64,000 nt of DNA, taken from contig NC_087436.1 in NCBI RefSeq assembly GCF_036321535.1, positions 117,120,001 through 117,184,000 on the forward strand. Reading direction: 5' to 3'. Below, piece by piece: positions 40,186 to 52,769 of this stretch. Every line of letters begins with the position of its first letter. The stretch's first letter is position 1. The notes under the pieces were generated by a model. The model ran no database searches. It saw only the letters and a list, made by a program, of their open reading frames with translations, and was not told where the DNA came from. Made by a program: the position numbers and the translations under genes. Origin of the DNA: Camelus dromedarius. Its lineage: Eukaryota.

Positions 40186-40322
40186 GGGGGCGGTATAGCT
40201 CAAGTTGTAGAGTGCGTGCCTAGCATGCATGAGGTCCTAGGTTCGATCCCCAGTACCTCCTCCAAATAGAAATAAATAAAGAAACCTAATTACCTCCCCT
40301 TCATAAAACAAACAAACAAACA
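40186..40322 (+). mobile_element. tRNA-derived camelid-type SINE inside Tigger1
   Basis: Perfect 16-bp TSD AAAAGTGCTACTCCAG at 40170-40185 and 40323-40338, A/B boxes, (AAAC)n tail. Confidence 0.93.
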
Positions 40323-40360
40323 AAAAGTGCTACTCCAGTGAGCACACAAGTGTTAAAGCA

Positions 40361-40608
40361 AGGGGATAAATTGGGAGCTGGAGGTTTGCAGATAGTAATA
40401 TATATAAAATAGATGAACACCATGATCGTGCTGTAGAGCACAGGGAACTATATTCAGTGTCCAGTAGTAATTTATGGTGAAAGAGAATATGAAAATGAAT
40501 GTGTGTATGTTCATGTATGACTGAAGCATTGTGCTGTACCCCAGAAATTCGCACAACACTGTAAACTGACTATACTTCAAAAAATATATTTAAAAAATTT
40601 TTAAAAAA
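40361..40608 (+). mobile_element. Short L1 3' end inside Tigger1
   Basis: GGGGATAAATTGGGAG...GTAAACTGACTATACTTCAAAAAA, with degenerate TSD CAAGTGTTAAAGCAA / CAAATGATAAAGCAA. Confidence 0.8.
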
Positions 40609-41139
40609 CAAATGATAAAGCAAAACAGGCTTATTGCTGACATGGAGAAAGTTGGAGTGGTCTGGATAGAAGATCAAATGAGCCACAACCTTTCCTTAAT
40701 CCAAAGCCTCACCCAGAGCAAGGCTGGATTCTACTGTCTTCAATTTCGTGAAGGCTGAGAGAGGTGAGGAAGCTGCAGAAGAAGCTGGAAGCGACCAGAG
40801 GTTGCTTCACGAGGTTTAAGGAAAGATGCCGTCTCCAGGACATCAGCGTGCAAGGTGCAGCAGCCGGTGCTGATGTACGAGCCGCAGCAGGTTCTCCAGA
40901 AGCTCCAGCTCAGAGAATTCATGGAAGTGACTTCACTAAATGACAGATTCTCAATGCAGACAGAACAGCGCTGTGTCGGAGATGCCATCTAGGACTTTCA
41001 CAGCTAGAGAGGAGAAGTCAGGGCCTGGCTTCAGGGGACAGGCCGGCTTTCTTGTTAGGGGCTAATGCAGCTGGGCTTTAAGTTGAAGCCAATGCTCATT
41101 TACCAGCCTGGAAATCCTAGGGCCCTTAAGAATTACACC

Positions 41140-41835
41140 GACTACCCACAGGCAGGCCAAGTTCACAGGTTAAAACATCTGCCCTCACCTCAGACACCAG
41201 CTGCAAGCTTGGGGATTTCAGGGCCGCCTACGACTCTGACCAACTGTTTACAGATTTGGGGAGGCTCCCATTAGCCCCTCAGTCTTGATAATTTGCTAGA
41301 ACAACTCCAAGAACTCAGGAAAGCAGCATGCTTATGTAATTATAAGTTTTATTATGACAAAAAGGATACCAATGAGAACCAGGCAAAGGAGACCCATACA
41401 GTGAGGTACTCTATGGGGGAGGGGGGCTTCCAAATGTAAAACTTCAGGTGTCCTCTCCCTGGAATGTCAAGACACATCACCCTCCCAGCACACTGATACA
41501 CCAAGTAGTGCCCACAGGTTAGCTCACCCGCACCTCCGTGTCCAGAGCTTTTATTTGGGCTTCATTACCTAGGCATGACTGATCAAATCTGTCTCCAGTC
41601 CGCCTCCCCTCCTTGGACGTAGGGAGGGCATGACCTGGCCTCTGGCCACATGGATGGTCCTCCTGGCATGGCCAGCCCCCAACCTGAGATATCGCACATG
41701 CATAAAGCACCAGGTGGGGTCTGAGACCCCCTCCATGAATAACAAAGACACACCTCTCATTCCGAAAATCCAAGGGTTTAGAGGCTACCTTCCAAGAACC
41801 AGGAAGAAAAGCCAGCCAAATTCCTAATTATACAA
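41140..41835 (-). mobile_element. MER21-like LTR fragment
   Basis: CTCAGACACCAGCTGCAAG...TAATTTGCTAGAACAACTC...AGAACCAGG...CCAAATT resembles MER21 as recalled. Confidence 0.55.
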
Positions 41836-41920
41836 CTGCACATACACCATGTGCTTCATACAAAATATGTTCTAAACCTAAAAATACCGAAAAAAGAGTT
41901 TGTTAAATGAATTAATGAAT

Positions 41921-41996
41921 AAGGGAAGGAAGGAGTGGGAAAGGAAGGAAGGAAGGAAAGAAAGAGAGAAAGAGAGAAAGAAAAAGAAAGAAAGGA

Positions 41997-42027
<31 letters not shown>

Positions 42028-42029
42028 GA

Positions 42030-42120
<91 letters not shown>

Positions 42121-42229
42121 GAAGGAAGGAAAGAAAGGAAGGAAAGGAAGGAAGGAAGGAAAGGAAGGAAGGAAGGAAGGAAGGAAGGAAGGAAGGAAGG
42201 AAGGAAGGAAGGAAGGAAGGAAGGAAGAA
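41921..42229 (+). repeat. Compound (GAAA)n/(GGAA)n microsatellite
   Basis: Directly visible tandem array of about 300 nt. Confidence 0.97.
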
Positions 42230-43369
42230 ACTTTGCTTTGCTTTGGGGGTCTAACTTATCACCCCTGCTCCCAAGGCATATAAACTAGGACTAAACTTGA
42301 AACAAACCCAGCGTCCGCAAGAATAACAATGAGTGCTTTGGCTTTTACATATAATGAATGACTCAGTGATTTCTAAGTTGGTGACATTTCTCCTCTTAGA
42401 AGGAGAGACAGAATCGCACCCCCCTGGTGTTAGTATCTAAGCCCAGCACTTCAGCAAAACAATTAATTTGACATTCCATAAATCTCCCAGCAGAAAGTTT
42501 ACTGACTCATTCTCCTCTCCGGGATCCTTCCCTAAGGGCAGGTAAACAGGCGGTGATGAGGAGGAAAACCATCACCTCTCTCTGCAAGAAGAGAGCTGTC
42601 CCCATTAGCAGCAGGTGTTCGATGCTGGCCCAAAAGAAAGAGTCCAATGAACCAGCAGACAGAGAACCAACAGCGAGTCCTGGTCCTTTCAGTTAATGCT
42701 GCCCTGAGCTGCAACTTTAGTGACTCTTCTGGGAGCCCCTGTGCTCTCAGAGAAGGAGAGCACGTGGTGGGGCAGCTCTGTGTGGCCTGAGGCCCACAGC
42801 AGGACAGCCAGGATGGATGACGGGTGCAGAGAGGGTCACAGGCATCGGCACCCACTGGGTGGATGGAGGGGCACAGTGGGGCATCTTGGTGGGAGAGGCT
42901 GAGATCACAGGAGAAACCAGTGCATCTTGTTGCTACAGAAACGACTGGCCATTATTTTGATGAGACAGGTATCGCAGGAGAGTTTAAGCGCGGGACAGGA
43001 CTCTGATTTTGGAAAGTCAAAGTTGTTCTTTCTCTTTCCTCTGTCTTCCTTCTGCCTCACTTTGTCCCAGTAGTTGTAAGAGAAAAGCAGGCTGCTTATC
43101 AGCAAAAGCAAACGGCACACAGTTAATAATTTAACAATAAAACTGCTCTGTGAATCCCCGTCTATGAAGCAGGAACTGGAACTCTCACTTGTGTCCCAGC
43201 TTACTGTGTATACCAAATTATTGTGACAATAATCCCATTTTACAAAAAAAGGAAACTGGGAGGAGGAAGATTGAGTAACTGGTCCAAAGCCACTCAGCCA
43301 ATGGATGGTGCCCTTGTGTCTGCAGAGGACGGTCACAACCTTGGCCCCACCCAGAGGCCACTTTTCAAA

Positions 43370-44119
43370 AACTTTTACTGAAGTCTAGTTGATTTACAGT
43401 GTTGAGCAGTTTCTGGTGTACAGCATAGTGATTCAGTTATACATATATATCTATTCTTTCTCATATTCTTTTTCATTATAGGTTATTATGGGCTATTGAA
43501 TATAGCTCTCTGTGCTGTACAGGAGGACCTTGTTGTTTATCTATTTTATATATAGCAGTTTGCATCTGCGAATCTCAAACTCCTAATTTATCCCTCCCCT
43601 ACCTTTCTCCTTTGGCAACCATAAATTTGTTTTCTATGTCTGTGAGTCTCTTTCTGTTTTGTAAATAAGTTCACTTGTGTCATTTTTTTTTTAGATTCCA
43701 CATATAAATGATTTCATATGATATTTATCTTTCTCTGTCTGACTTACCTCACTTAGTATGATCATCTCCAGGTCCATCCATGTTGCTGCAAATGGCATTT
43801 CATATTTATAGCTGAGTAGTATTCCATTGTATAAATATGCCACATCTTCTTTATCCAGTCATCTTTTGATGGACATTTAGGTTGCTTCCATTTCTTGGCT
43901 ACTGTAAATGGTGCTGCTATGAACATTGGGGTGCATGCATCTTTTCAAATTAGAGTTTCCCCAAATAAATGCCTAGGAGTGGGACTGCTCTAAGTCTATT
44001 TTTAGTTTTTTGAGGGATCTCCATACTATTTTCCATAGTGGCTGTACCAATTTACATTCTCACGAACAGTGTAGCAGGGTTCCCTTTTCTTCACACCCTC
44101 TCCAGCATTTATCATTTGT

Positions 44120-44150
<31 letters not shown>

Positions 44151-44385
44151 GCAGTGAGGAGGTAATTAGGTTTATCGATTTATTTACTTTTTCCCTGGAG
44201 GTACTGGAGGTTGAACTCAGAACCTTGCACATGGTAAGCATGTGTTCTACCATTTGAGTTACACCCTCCCCCCTGTTTGTGAACTTTTTAATATTGGCCA
44301 TTCTGACTGGTGTAAGGTGATACCTCATTGTAGTTTTGATTTGCATTTCTCTGATAATTAACAATATTGAGCATCTTTTCATGTT
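43370..44385 (-). mobile_element. L1 3' end with nested SINE
   Basis: ORF2 C-terminal remnant MKRCSILLIIREMQIKTTMRYHLTPVRMA in the ORF track plus L1 3' UTR. Confidence 0.9.
44123..44273 (-). mobile_element. tRNA-derived camelid-type SINE inside L1
   Basis: Poly-T tail, antisense SINE head, degenerate TSD TTTGTGGATTTTT / TTTGTGAACTTTT. Confidence 0.85.
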
Positions 44386-44899
44386 ATCTCAGAGCAAAGA
44401 GCAGGCCTGCATGAATGCACTGTCCCCCCACAAACACAGCTATGCCATCTCTCAAAAGAACGTTCCAGCAGGAGAGAGGCTCTGGATCCTTTTTTTTTTT
44501 TTTTTTTTTTTTATAAGATGGGTGTCTGTGTGCACACACACACTTCTCTCTGCTTCTGCCTGGGGCCACACAGAAAATGCGTTTCTTTCCTCATGTTCTA
44601 TCTAATTAAACCCAAGAGTCAAGCTGCCTCATTGCAAAGGTGGTTGAAGGGGGAACCCAGGAAACTCTGAGGGTCTTACTCTCTGACCATGGCTTGCAGT
44701 CCCAAGCATCCTCTTTCACTGTGTTCAGTTTTCATTTTAAAAGCCAGCGAAGGGAGCAAACTGTTCTCAGGTCTAGAAGGAGAGGCCTCTTTCTCAAACT
44801 CCTCCGGGGGAGTCACACAGTAGGAAGGAAATAAACCACCACAAACCCGCAAACTGAACATCAAGTTAAGTCCAAATGGAGCTGGACATTTCGCTAGGG

Positions 44900-45260
44900 A
44901 CCTGGGAGGTGCGCCGGACCCCAGGGCCGCCCCAGTTTTGCGCATTCGCTAGCAGGGTCGGCACGCAGACTTCCTTGGCCTGTGCTTTGTCACCGCGAGA
45001 GGATACAAGCAAGATCAGCCAAAAGGCGAGGCGCCTGGGGCGGGGGCGCAGGGGCCCAGGCACACGCGGCCGGCTCCTCCCCGCGCGGAGCCGTGCGGGT
45101 GCACCGAGCTTCCCCGGCAGCCGGCTGTGACCGCAGTGTGAGGTGCTGCCCTCCCGGCAAGCTGAGCAGAGGCTCGGAGCTCGGGGCTTGTATTAGGGGC
45201 TGGGCACATAGGCGCCTCCTCTGGGCACGTCCACCACACCTGCCTCCCGGAGAGGAGCAG
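44900..45260. promoter_or_regulatory. Small intronic CpG-rich island with GC box
   Basis: Dense CpGs (e.g. GGGGCGGGGGCGCAG, CACGCGGCCGGC, CCCGCGCGGAGCCG) in CpG-poor surroundings. Confidence 0.5.
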
Positions 45261-46934
45261 GCGTGCAGCACAAACGAAGCTGTTTGCTCAGTGTAGGCCC
45301 TGGGGGCCCCTCTTCTCTGTTCTGGGAAGAGTGGGGCCCCTCCCCCCATCCAGGTTCCCCGACCCCAGCCCAGGGCCGACCTTGCAAGCAGAACTTTTCA
45401 GAGGCTAGAAGTCTCAGGCCACTTTCTCTGCACGGGAGGCCTTAGCTGTGCCACTCAAGTGACATTAGGTGGCACTGCTGGGCTTGTGGAATTTTGTCTT
45501 GTGTGGTCCTTGCTTCAAAGAGCATGGCTGGGCGGTGGGCACTTTTGTAAGGAATTCTGTACCGTTGTCCTCCCTGTGCGGATGTGTTCGGTGGTGCGGA
45601 CTTTCTCTGCAAACCCCTAAGGACCTCCAGGCATGACTTGCTCTGTTATGCAACAGTGTGGGTCCTCCGGGCCATCCATAGAAGGGTTCTATTTATGAGA
45701 ATTTTTCTAGCCCTCCTGAGAATAATTTGAGGTGAATTCATGACAGGCTCGGTGTGAATCAGTAAGGAACATTAATATCGTAACACAGGCTACAAGGTAA
45801 TTTGCCTCCCATTATCCTGTCATCATTGGAAGGTGTTCTCTGCCAGCCCTCCCGGCTGGGAATTGCATGGTTCAATTTATTGCCAGAAGCTTGGCCCCTG
45901 GCTTGTTGGCAGGGGAAATAGAGGGAAATTATCCATGGATTCATAGACCTGAGAAATAAACAAGTCTAGGACCCTTTTTTGACGAGACAGAAATAATGAC
46001 GTCCACACCACCGTTAGCCTCTCCAGCTTCTGATGACCATCATGTGCCTCTCGTGGGCCCAGCACTGGGCTGGAGGTGCATCCTCACACTACATCCTTCC
46101 AGTAACTCTTTAGGGAGGAAAACCATTGAATGAATGAGGCACTTGAGGCACAGAGAGGTTGAGTGATTTACTCAGGATCACCCAGCAGATACGTGGCAGA
46201 GCTGAGAGTTGAATGCAATGAATTCCAGGGCCCTTAACTGCTGAGAACCCTGACCTCAGAGGCATAGCCACTTGCTAGAGGTCACAGAAGGACTCAGTGG
46301 TGCAAGCAAGTCTTGAACCCACGACCCTCAGCTCTTTGTGGTGTCTCCTTTCCTTTCACCATATGGCCTCTTACTCACTTCTTTGCTGTTTGGCCTCTAG
46401 TAAGTACTAACCATAATATAAATACTCCTCGATGAATTCATAAAACATTTCTGTTAGACTCATCATCTTTTACCAGTGCAGAGCCTCCTCACTGGTCCAG
46501 CCACCTCTCAATGAAACTTTCTGAAATAACTCCACACTGCACCTCCTGTGTTCTGAAACCCAAAGTAGAGTCTCGACTGCATGCTCAAATCTCCAATTGC
46601 TCCCCAAGGATTTAAAGCAGACTCCTTAGAGAGAAAGATACAAGAAAGGGTTTCTTGGAAGCAGGCTCCATGGAAAAGCAGTGTGGAATCCACGAATGAG
46701 ATGGCCCCAAGTGGGCCTAGAGGTTAGCTAGCACAGTGAGCTTAAACTATGTTTTACTGCAGAATACTTTTTTCTAATGGAGTCTTATGAGTTTCCCAAA
46801 CTGTAAAAGGAAACCTATAGTTGAAGGCCCACCTCTCCCAACCTACCCATTCTTCATGATCTTGCCTTAATCTTCCCTCTTTCTTAAAGTCCCATGTCAT
46901 AGTAATTGTCATGGCGTGGGCGTTGGGGTCAGGT

Positions 46935-47350
46935 TGACAGTGTTCAGATAAATTAGCTGTGATGACATGCAAGTCCTAAATCTCGGTGGCTTAACACAGT
47001 GAGAGTTCATTCTCACTCCTGTCGCTGTCCAAAGCAGGTGAGCAGGGGTGCTCTGCTCCACGCAGTCATTCAGGAGCCCAGGCTCCTTCTGTTGAGTGGC
47101 TCCACCTTTCCTTAGGGCTTCAGAGGGCTCTGCTGGGTCCTCTGTGCATGACCAGCCTACAAGAAAAAGGAGTGAGTAGGGACAAGGCACATGAACTCTG
47201 AATCCTCAATGAAGGAGACATACACCAAATCAGACTCCTTTGGTGAGAACATACGGCCCTACCCAGATGCAAGGGGCTGAGAAGTGTGACCTGGCAGTGG
47301 GGCCAGGAAGGGGAGGCGGGCACAGACGCCATGAGCATGAGCAGGCTCTG
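46935..47350 (-). mobile_element. Old MLT1-type LTR
   Basis: AAATCTCGGTGGCTTAACACAG...GCAGTCATTCAGGAGCCCAGGCT...TGCAAGGGGCTGAGAAGTGTG. Confidence 0.55.
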
Positions 47351-48973
47351 CAGTTCCACTGCAGTCTGTAGCTTTCAGGTACATTTCTAGCTCCAGAGTT
47401 TTCAGCTCTCATGAAACCTAATAGGATGGCTGGAAGGGTCAGCTGAGGGCAGGTGTACAGATGTCTGATACACACTTAGCAGTCAGCCAAAATTCATTCC
47501 ATGTCTCCTTTTCTCCCCCACCTCAGTCTTTCCACATGCAGTAGAGTTATGGATGGGACCATCTTTGTGTTTTCTGTACTAAGGATTGGAATAGGGTAGT
47601 GGTTCAGAGATAGGCTCTGGAGTCCTGACCCTGCCACTTGCCAAAGGTGTCACCTTAGGAAAGCCCTATGGCTCTGGGCCTCAGATTCCTCATCTGCCCC
47701 AGAGAGAAGTCAAAACACAGTACCTGCCTCACAGGGTTTGCAGAGGGGATGAGTTCACATGTGTCCCCATGGCACATTGTAAATTTGACCTATGGGTTAC
47801 CTATTTTTATTTACATGGTGACCAACCCATGGCAGAGACTCAATTTAAGACACAGACATTTATTTAAGCACCTGTTCTGTACCATGTGCTACAAGTCAGT
47901 GTTGACATATACTAGGTCCACAAATCTCAAACCCAGTGAATGTCTGTGCAATGAATCAGCTGAACAACCCTCATCACCTGGCTTTTACTATCACATAAGC
48001 TTTCAGGCTGCCTTTCATGTAAGCCTTTGCTGAATTCACACCTGGAGAAGACAAATATTTAATCATCAAAGGCATCACTCTGAAACTAGCTTTTGGGGAC
48101 TATTTGAAATGTGTTTCTGCAGGGGGCAACTCTCCCAGGCTTAGCCAGCCCTCTGCAGGGGCTTTCATTCCCCAGTTTCCCAAAACTGAAATAAGTCTCT
48201 GCAGAGACTTCCAAAGCAGTGTCTAGCAGTGCGTGACGTGAAAGCCGCCTCTTTTCCCACCAGGCTCCTGAATGATTGGAAGGGAAAAGAGAAAATTTCC
48301 TCCCAAACAGCATCTTTTTAGTTTTTGCACATTGACTGGAAACTGATCAATGCTGCAAGTGTGGCAGTAAGAGATTCCTCTACCATGGGTATCAGCTGGA
48401 CTCCTTGCAACATAGCAGCAGTTCCTAGAATCAGTGCAGGATTGCAGTAGGGACCAAGTCACACCCAAGAATAACCTTCAGTGCTTGGGGGTCTCCTGAT
48501 TATTGGGTGGCAGGAGGGATGCCTGTGAAGTGCTGGATGCTCACTCATTATGCCAGCTTCTCTGGAGAGTCTGGACCCTGTATGTACTCGTTTTAGACCT
48601 CGTGGCATCCTGGACCCCCTGCCTTCCTGTGGCCCTTTGGTCCCTCTGGCTTAGCGATTGTCACACTGTTTCTCCCGCTATACTCTGCTGCTTGAGGGCT
48701 GTCCTTATGCTCTCCAGGACCTGATAGGGCGTCTAGCCCGTAACAAGGGCCTAACCGATACTGACCTTTAAATCAATAAATGTCCTATTGGACTTAGCTG
48801 CTTAACTTTCCACCTTAGTCATGATCGAGGAGTCACTGGGGGTTGTTGTGTTCGGGCTCTGAGGCCAGCAGATCTCACGCAAACCCTCCTGCACCACTTT
48901 TTGGGTTCCCTCATTTGTAAATGAGGGTGTCTGCCACTAGGATCATCATGAGGATGAAATGGGATTATTTACG

Positions 48974-49400
48974 TGTTCTGATAGAGTTCTAGTCGTACGC
49001 AACATCAACAATTTTGCCTGATTGAAGCTAAAAAAGAAATCATTGAAAAAATAGGAAGCGGCTCCCAGGATTGGTGGGAGCGCTGGCGAGCCGGGCGGGG
49101 AAGCTCCGCTGCCGCTGCCGGGATAACACCCCAGATCTCGCCCGAAGCTGGTCCTGCGGGGTCGGCTGCAGCACCCCCCTGCCGTCTCCCGTCTCCCCCA
49201 CGGCTGGCAAATGACACCGCAGCTCCCACCGCAGGTGCTGCCGCCGGCGGACCCAGTCCTACCTGAGCGCACTCTGCGGCGGGGGAACCCTCAGCCCCGC
49301 CTCTTAGCCACTCCGCGCGCAAAGCCAGGCCTCTGATTGGCTGAGCTGGCTCGGTCACGTGGCCCCTCCCGAACTGCAGGGCATGCTGGGAGGCGCGTCT
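48974..49400 (-). promoter_or_regulatory. CpG-rich antisense promoter with first-exon donor, apparently derived from an ancient MaLR/ERVL-type LTR
   Basis: On the minus strand: E-box CACGTG (49356-49361), CCAAT (49336-49340), GC box AGGCGGGGC (49294-49302), then donor CAG|GTAGGA (exon end 49263). The 48974-49070 flank and the CTCTGATTGGCTGAGC..GGTCACGTG block resemble old MLT1-type LTR consensus. Confidence 0.6.
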
Positions 49401-50283
49401 GCATTTTCAGCCTGGGGTGATGCGGGCACTCTGTTTCCCTCAGGGCTCCTAAAAGGCACGAAGTTCTCCCAAACGAGGAGGGGGCTTCTGACGCTGGGTA
49501 GCCTAAAGGATGCCAGATGGTTCCCGGAGAGCTTGAAAACTGCGGGTCAAAGTTCATGTCCAGCCACCGACAGCAAGGTACCCGCTCAGAGAAGCAGCGC
49601 CAGGCACCTTGGTGAGGGTCCCAGAGGGTGGGCTTGTTACCCAAACGGGAAAGGGGTTGGGTGGGGTGGGGCGATCCTTGTCTCAACCAAAAGATAAGAT
49701 TTACAGACAGGAGACAGAAAGCGTTATGTAGCAAAAATATTTTAAAAGATTTAGGAAAAGTGTATGCCACTAAGATTGGAGGCGGGCTGATTCAAGGAGG
49801 AGTCCCGGTGTTCTTCGTCCCCCTTTCTCTTATACCCTCGCTTGGAGGTGGTCTTTTGATTGATTGACGGCTCTTGTGCCTGGAGTGCTTAGTCATGTTT
49901 AATCCCTTTGCATTGTACTTAACCGTGGTAATGCATAGAAAAGCCCAAAGGGGGAGCCTAAGTCGCAATGTTAATTATAATACAGTGAACACTGGGTCGT
50001 GTCTGGTTAAGTCCTTTCTGCTACTGCAGTTGTGGCCGTCGGGTTTTAACCAGGGTGTGCCGGTTTCTTGCTGGCACTCATTTAGAAGAAGTAAAGTCCC
50101 TTTGTGCTGGAGGCGGGCATAACACCATCTTCTGGACCCTCCTCCCTCTCCTCCACCTAGCTGCCTGGTGCCCCAACTTACCCAACTACCTTACAGGCTG
50201 TTATGGTGGCCCAAGTGAGAGGGACGTGGCTTGGGCTGGCTTCAGTGGTGAAAGAAGTGTGAAGTATTTTGGAGATCAGACAG

Positions 50284-51382
50284 TGTATTAATTTTCTAGG
50301 GATGCCAAAACAAAGTACCACAGACTGTGTGGCTTGAACAACAGGAATTCATTCTCTCACAGTCCTGGAGGCCAGAAGTCCAAGGTCAAGGTGTGGGCAG
50401 GGTCAGTTGCTCCCCAGGCCTGTGAGGGCAGGACTGTTCCAGGCCTCTCTCCTTGGCTTGTAGATGGCCATCCTCTCTTCCTGTGTCTTCACATCACCTT
50501 CCCTCTATGCATGTCTCTGTTTCCAAATGTACCTTTTTAATATGTACATTAGTATTGCGTTACAGCCCACCCTATTACCTCATTTTAACTTGATTACCTC
50601 TGTAAGACCCTATCTCCAAATAAAGTAATGTTCTGAGGTGCTGGAGGCTAGGACTTCAGCATATGAATTTCACGGGGACACAGTTCAACCCATAACAAGG
50701 TTTGTCTCTGCGTCCAAGTTTTCCCTGTTTTTTTTTTTTTTGTGTGTGTGTGCATATATATATATATATATATTTTTTTTTATTGAAATATAATCAGTTT
50801 GCAGTGTTGTGTCAATTTCTGGTACAGCATCATACTTCGGGCATACATGAACATACATATATTTGTTTTCATATTCTTTTTCACCGTAAGTTACTACGAG
50901 ATATTGAATATAGTCCCCTGTGCTATACAGTATAAATTTATTATTTATCTATTTTGTATATATTAGTTAGTAATCTGCAAATCTTGAACTCCCGATTTAT
51001 CCCTTTCTACCCCCTTCCCCCAGTAACGTCAGTTTGTTTTCTATGTCTGTGAGTCTGTTTCTGTTTTGTAAATAATTTCGTTTGTCTTTTTTTTTTTTAA
51101 AGATTCCGCAAATAAGTGATATCATATGGTGTTTTTCTTTCTCTTTCTGGCTTACTTTGCTTAAAATGACAAATTTTCCCTTTTAGTAAGAAAACTAGTC
51201 ATATTAGAGTAGGGTAGACTGGGAGAAGGGGCCAGTAGGGCCCACCCTACTCCAATATTACCTTATCTTAATGACATCTGCAGTGACCCTATTTCTAAAT
51301 AAGGTCACATTCTGAGGTGCTGAGGTTAGCACTTTAACATCTAAATTGTTGGGGGAGGGGAGGACAAAATTCAACCCATAAC
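50284..51382 (-). mobile_element. Stacked MLT1 LTRs with an L1 3' end (about 50773-51171) nested in the second
   Basis: First LTR TGTATTA...CATAACA (50284-50697). A second MLT1 part ends CCCATAACA at 51382. Antisense L1 tail TTTATTGAAATATAATCAG lies between. Confidence 0.75.
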
Positions 51383-52769
51383 AGACAGGGATGAGTCCGA
51401 ATGGCTTAGTTGAAGGGTGTGGATCAAGGGCAAGAGTTAAGGATAAAGTCAAGACTTTTGGTTGAGCAACTGGTGAACGGTGGTGCTATTTAATAAGGTG
51501 GGAAGAAGAAGATAGAGGAATGGATCCAGGTGATGGTTCCCATCCCACTTTCCAACTATCAGCTTAGTAAGGGGCCTGTGCCCCAATCAGGACATAAAGA
51601 GAGGTTTGCTAGAGGCTTTTAAGAAAGTTCTTCTTAGTACCAAGAGATCTCTGAGAGACCAGGGTTAGTCTCTCCAGTCAAACATGAATGGGAAAGCATG
51701 TAGCCAAAATTGCTACTAGGAGTCATCCTATAATTATGAGTGGGTGCAGCCTTAGGTTAGCCGAATGAAGCAGGAGGAAGCACCTGGATTCCTGACCACA
51801 TTATGGAACCACAAGATCAATAGTCCTAGTAAATGTCCCTGTTGCTTAGCTATTTTAAGTTGGAATATCCTGTTTCTTGCAGCCAAGAGCATTCTTAAAT
51901 GATACAGTGCTTTATCAGCTCCCATGGACTAGAAGATCTTTGAGATCCTGGGGCCATGTTTGGTTTATTTCTGTGTCCATATCAGCACGGGTTTGTTGAG
52001 TGAATCAGTGGATGATGGCAGATCAGAGCATTTTGTGTATTAACACATGGAAACTTCATCAGTGTTAGAAAAAGCTCTAATTGTTGACAATGTAGTCTGG
52101 CCTCACTCCATACAATGAGCAAGGTAGTTATGGATCCAGAAGGAGAGAGAAAATGGGAGGAGAAGAGATACCTCACAGGGAGAGGGTACTACCTCTCCCT
52201 GCCTTACCTCCTGCCATCAGCCTGTTTGCTTACGCCAGAAACCCGGCAGTCTGCTGTGTTCCTCTTTTGCCATCGCCAACACCATCCCTCCCCAGACTTG
52301 GAGCCAATGACCCAGTTAGTCCTGTCCATTCTACATTCAAAACATATCTCAGATTTACCCCCTTCTTTCATCTCTGCCACCTGGTCCAGGCCACCATGAC
52401 ATGCAGAGCCTCCCAACAGGGTGCCACCTTCCTCCCTCGCCTGCCTCTAATCCACTTGCCACTCTGAAGCCAGAGGCTTCTCCTGAAAATGCAAGCCACA
52501 CCATGTCCTCCCCTTGATTAGAACCCGCCAACAGTTTCTCACTCTATCCCCCCCAAAAATCCAAGAACAATCAACCTTATTATGACCTTTATGGTCCCAC
52601 ATCGCCTGCCCTTTTCAGCCCTTCCCATTCCATGCAGCCCACTCCTTTCTTTACAGTCCCATTTCATCCCCACAGGCCGCCTTCCGTCACCATGGACATG
52701 CCAAGCCATCCTCAGCTGTCTTGGCACATGCTGTTCCCTCTGCCTGGAACACTTTCCCACCATTTTTGA

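Larger units (their letters stand above)
39592..41137 (+). mobile_element. Tigger1 (TcMar) DNA transposon, 5' part, with two nested retroelements
   Basis: Begins with TIR-like CAGACACACCTCGTTT. The transposase N-terminus remnant MASKCASERSHTSLTLNQKLKMIKLSEEG is in the ORF track. Truncated at GGGCCCTTAAGAATTA. Confidence 0.9.

Noticed and set aside
39832..41274. Active or domesticated Tigger transposase
   Set aside because: Interrupted by stops, frameshifts and two insertions, and truncated at the 3' end.
41900..42288. Lys/Glu/Arg-rich ORFs
   Set aside because: Translations of the GAAA/GGAA microsatellite.
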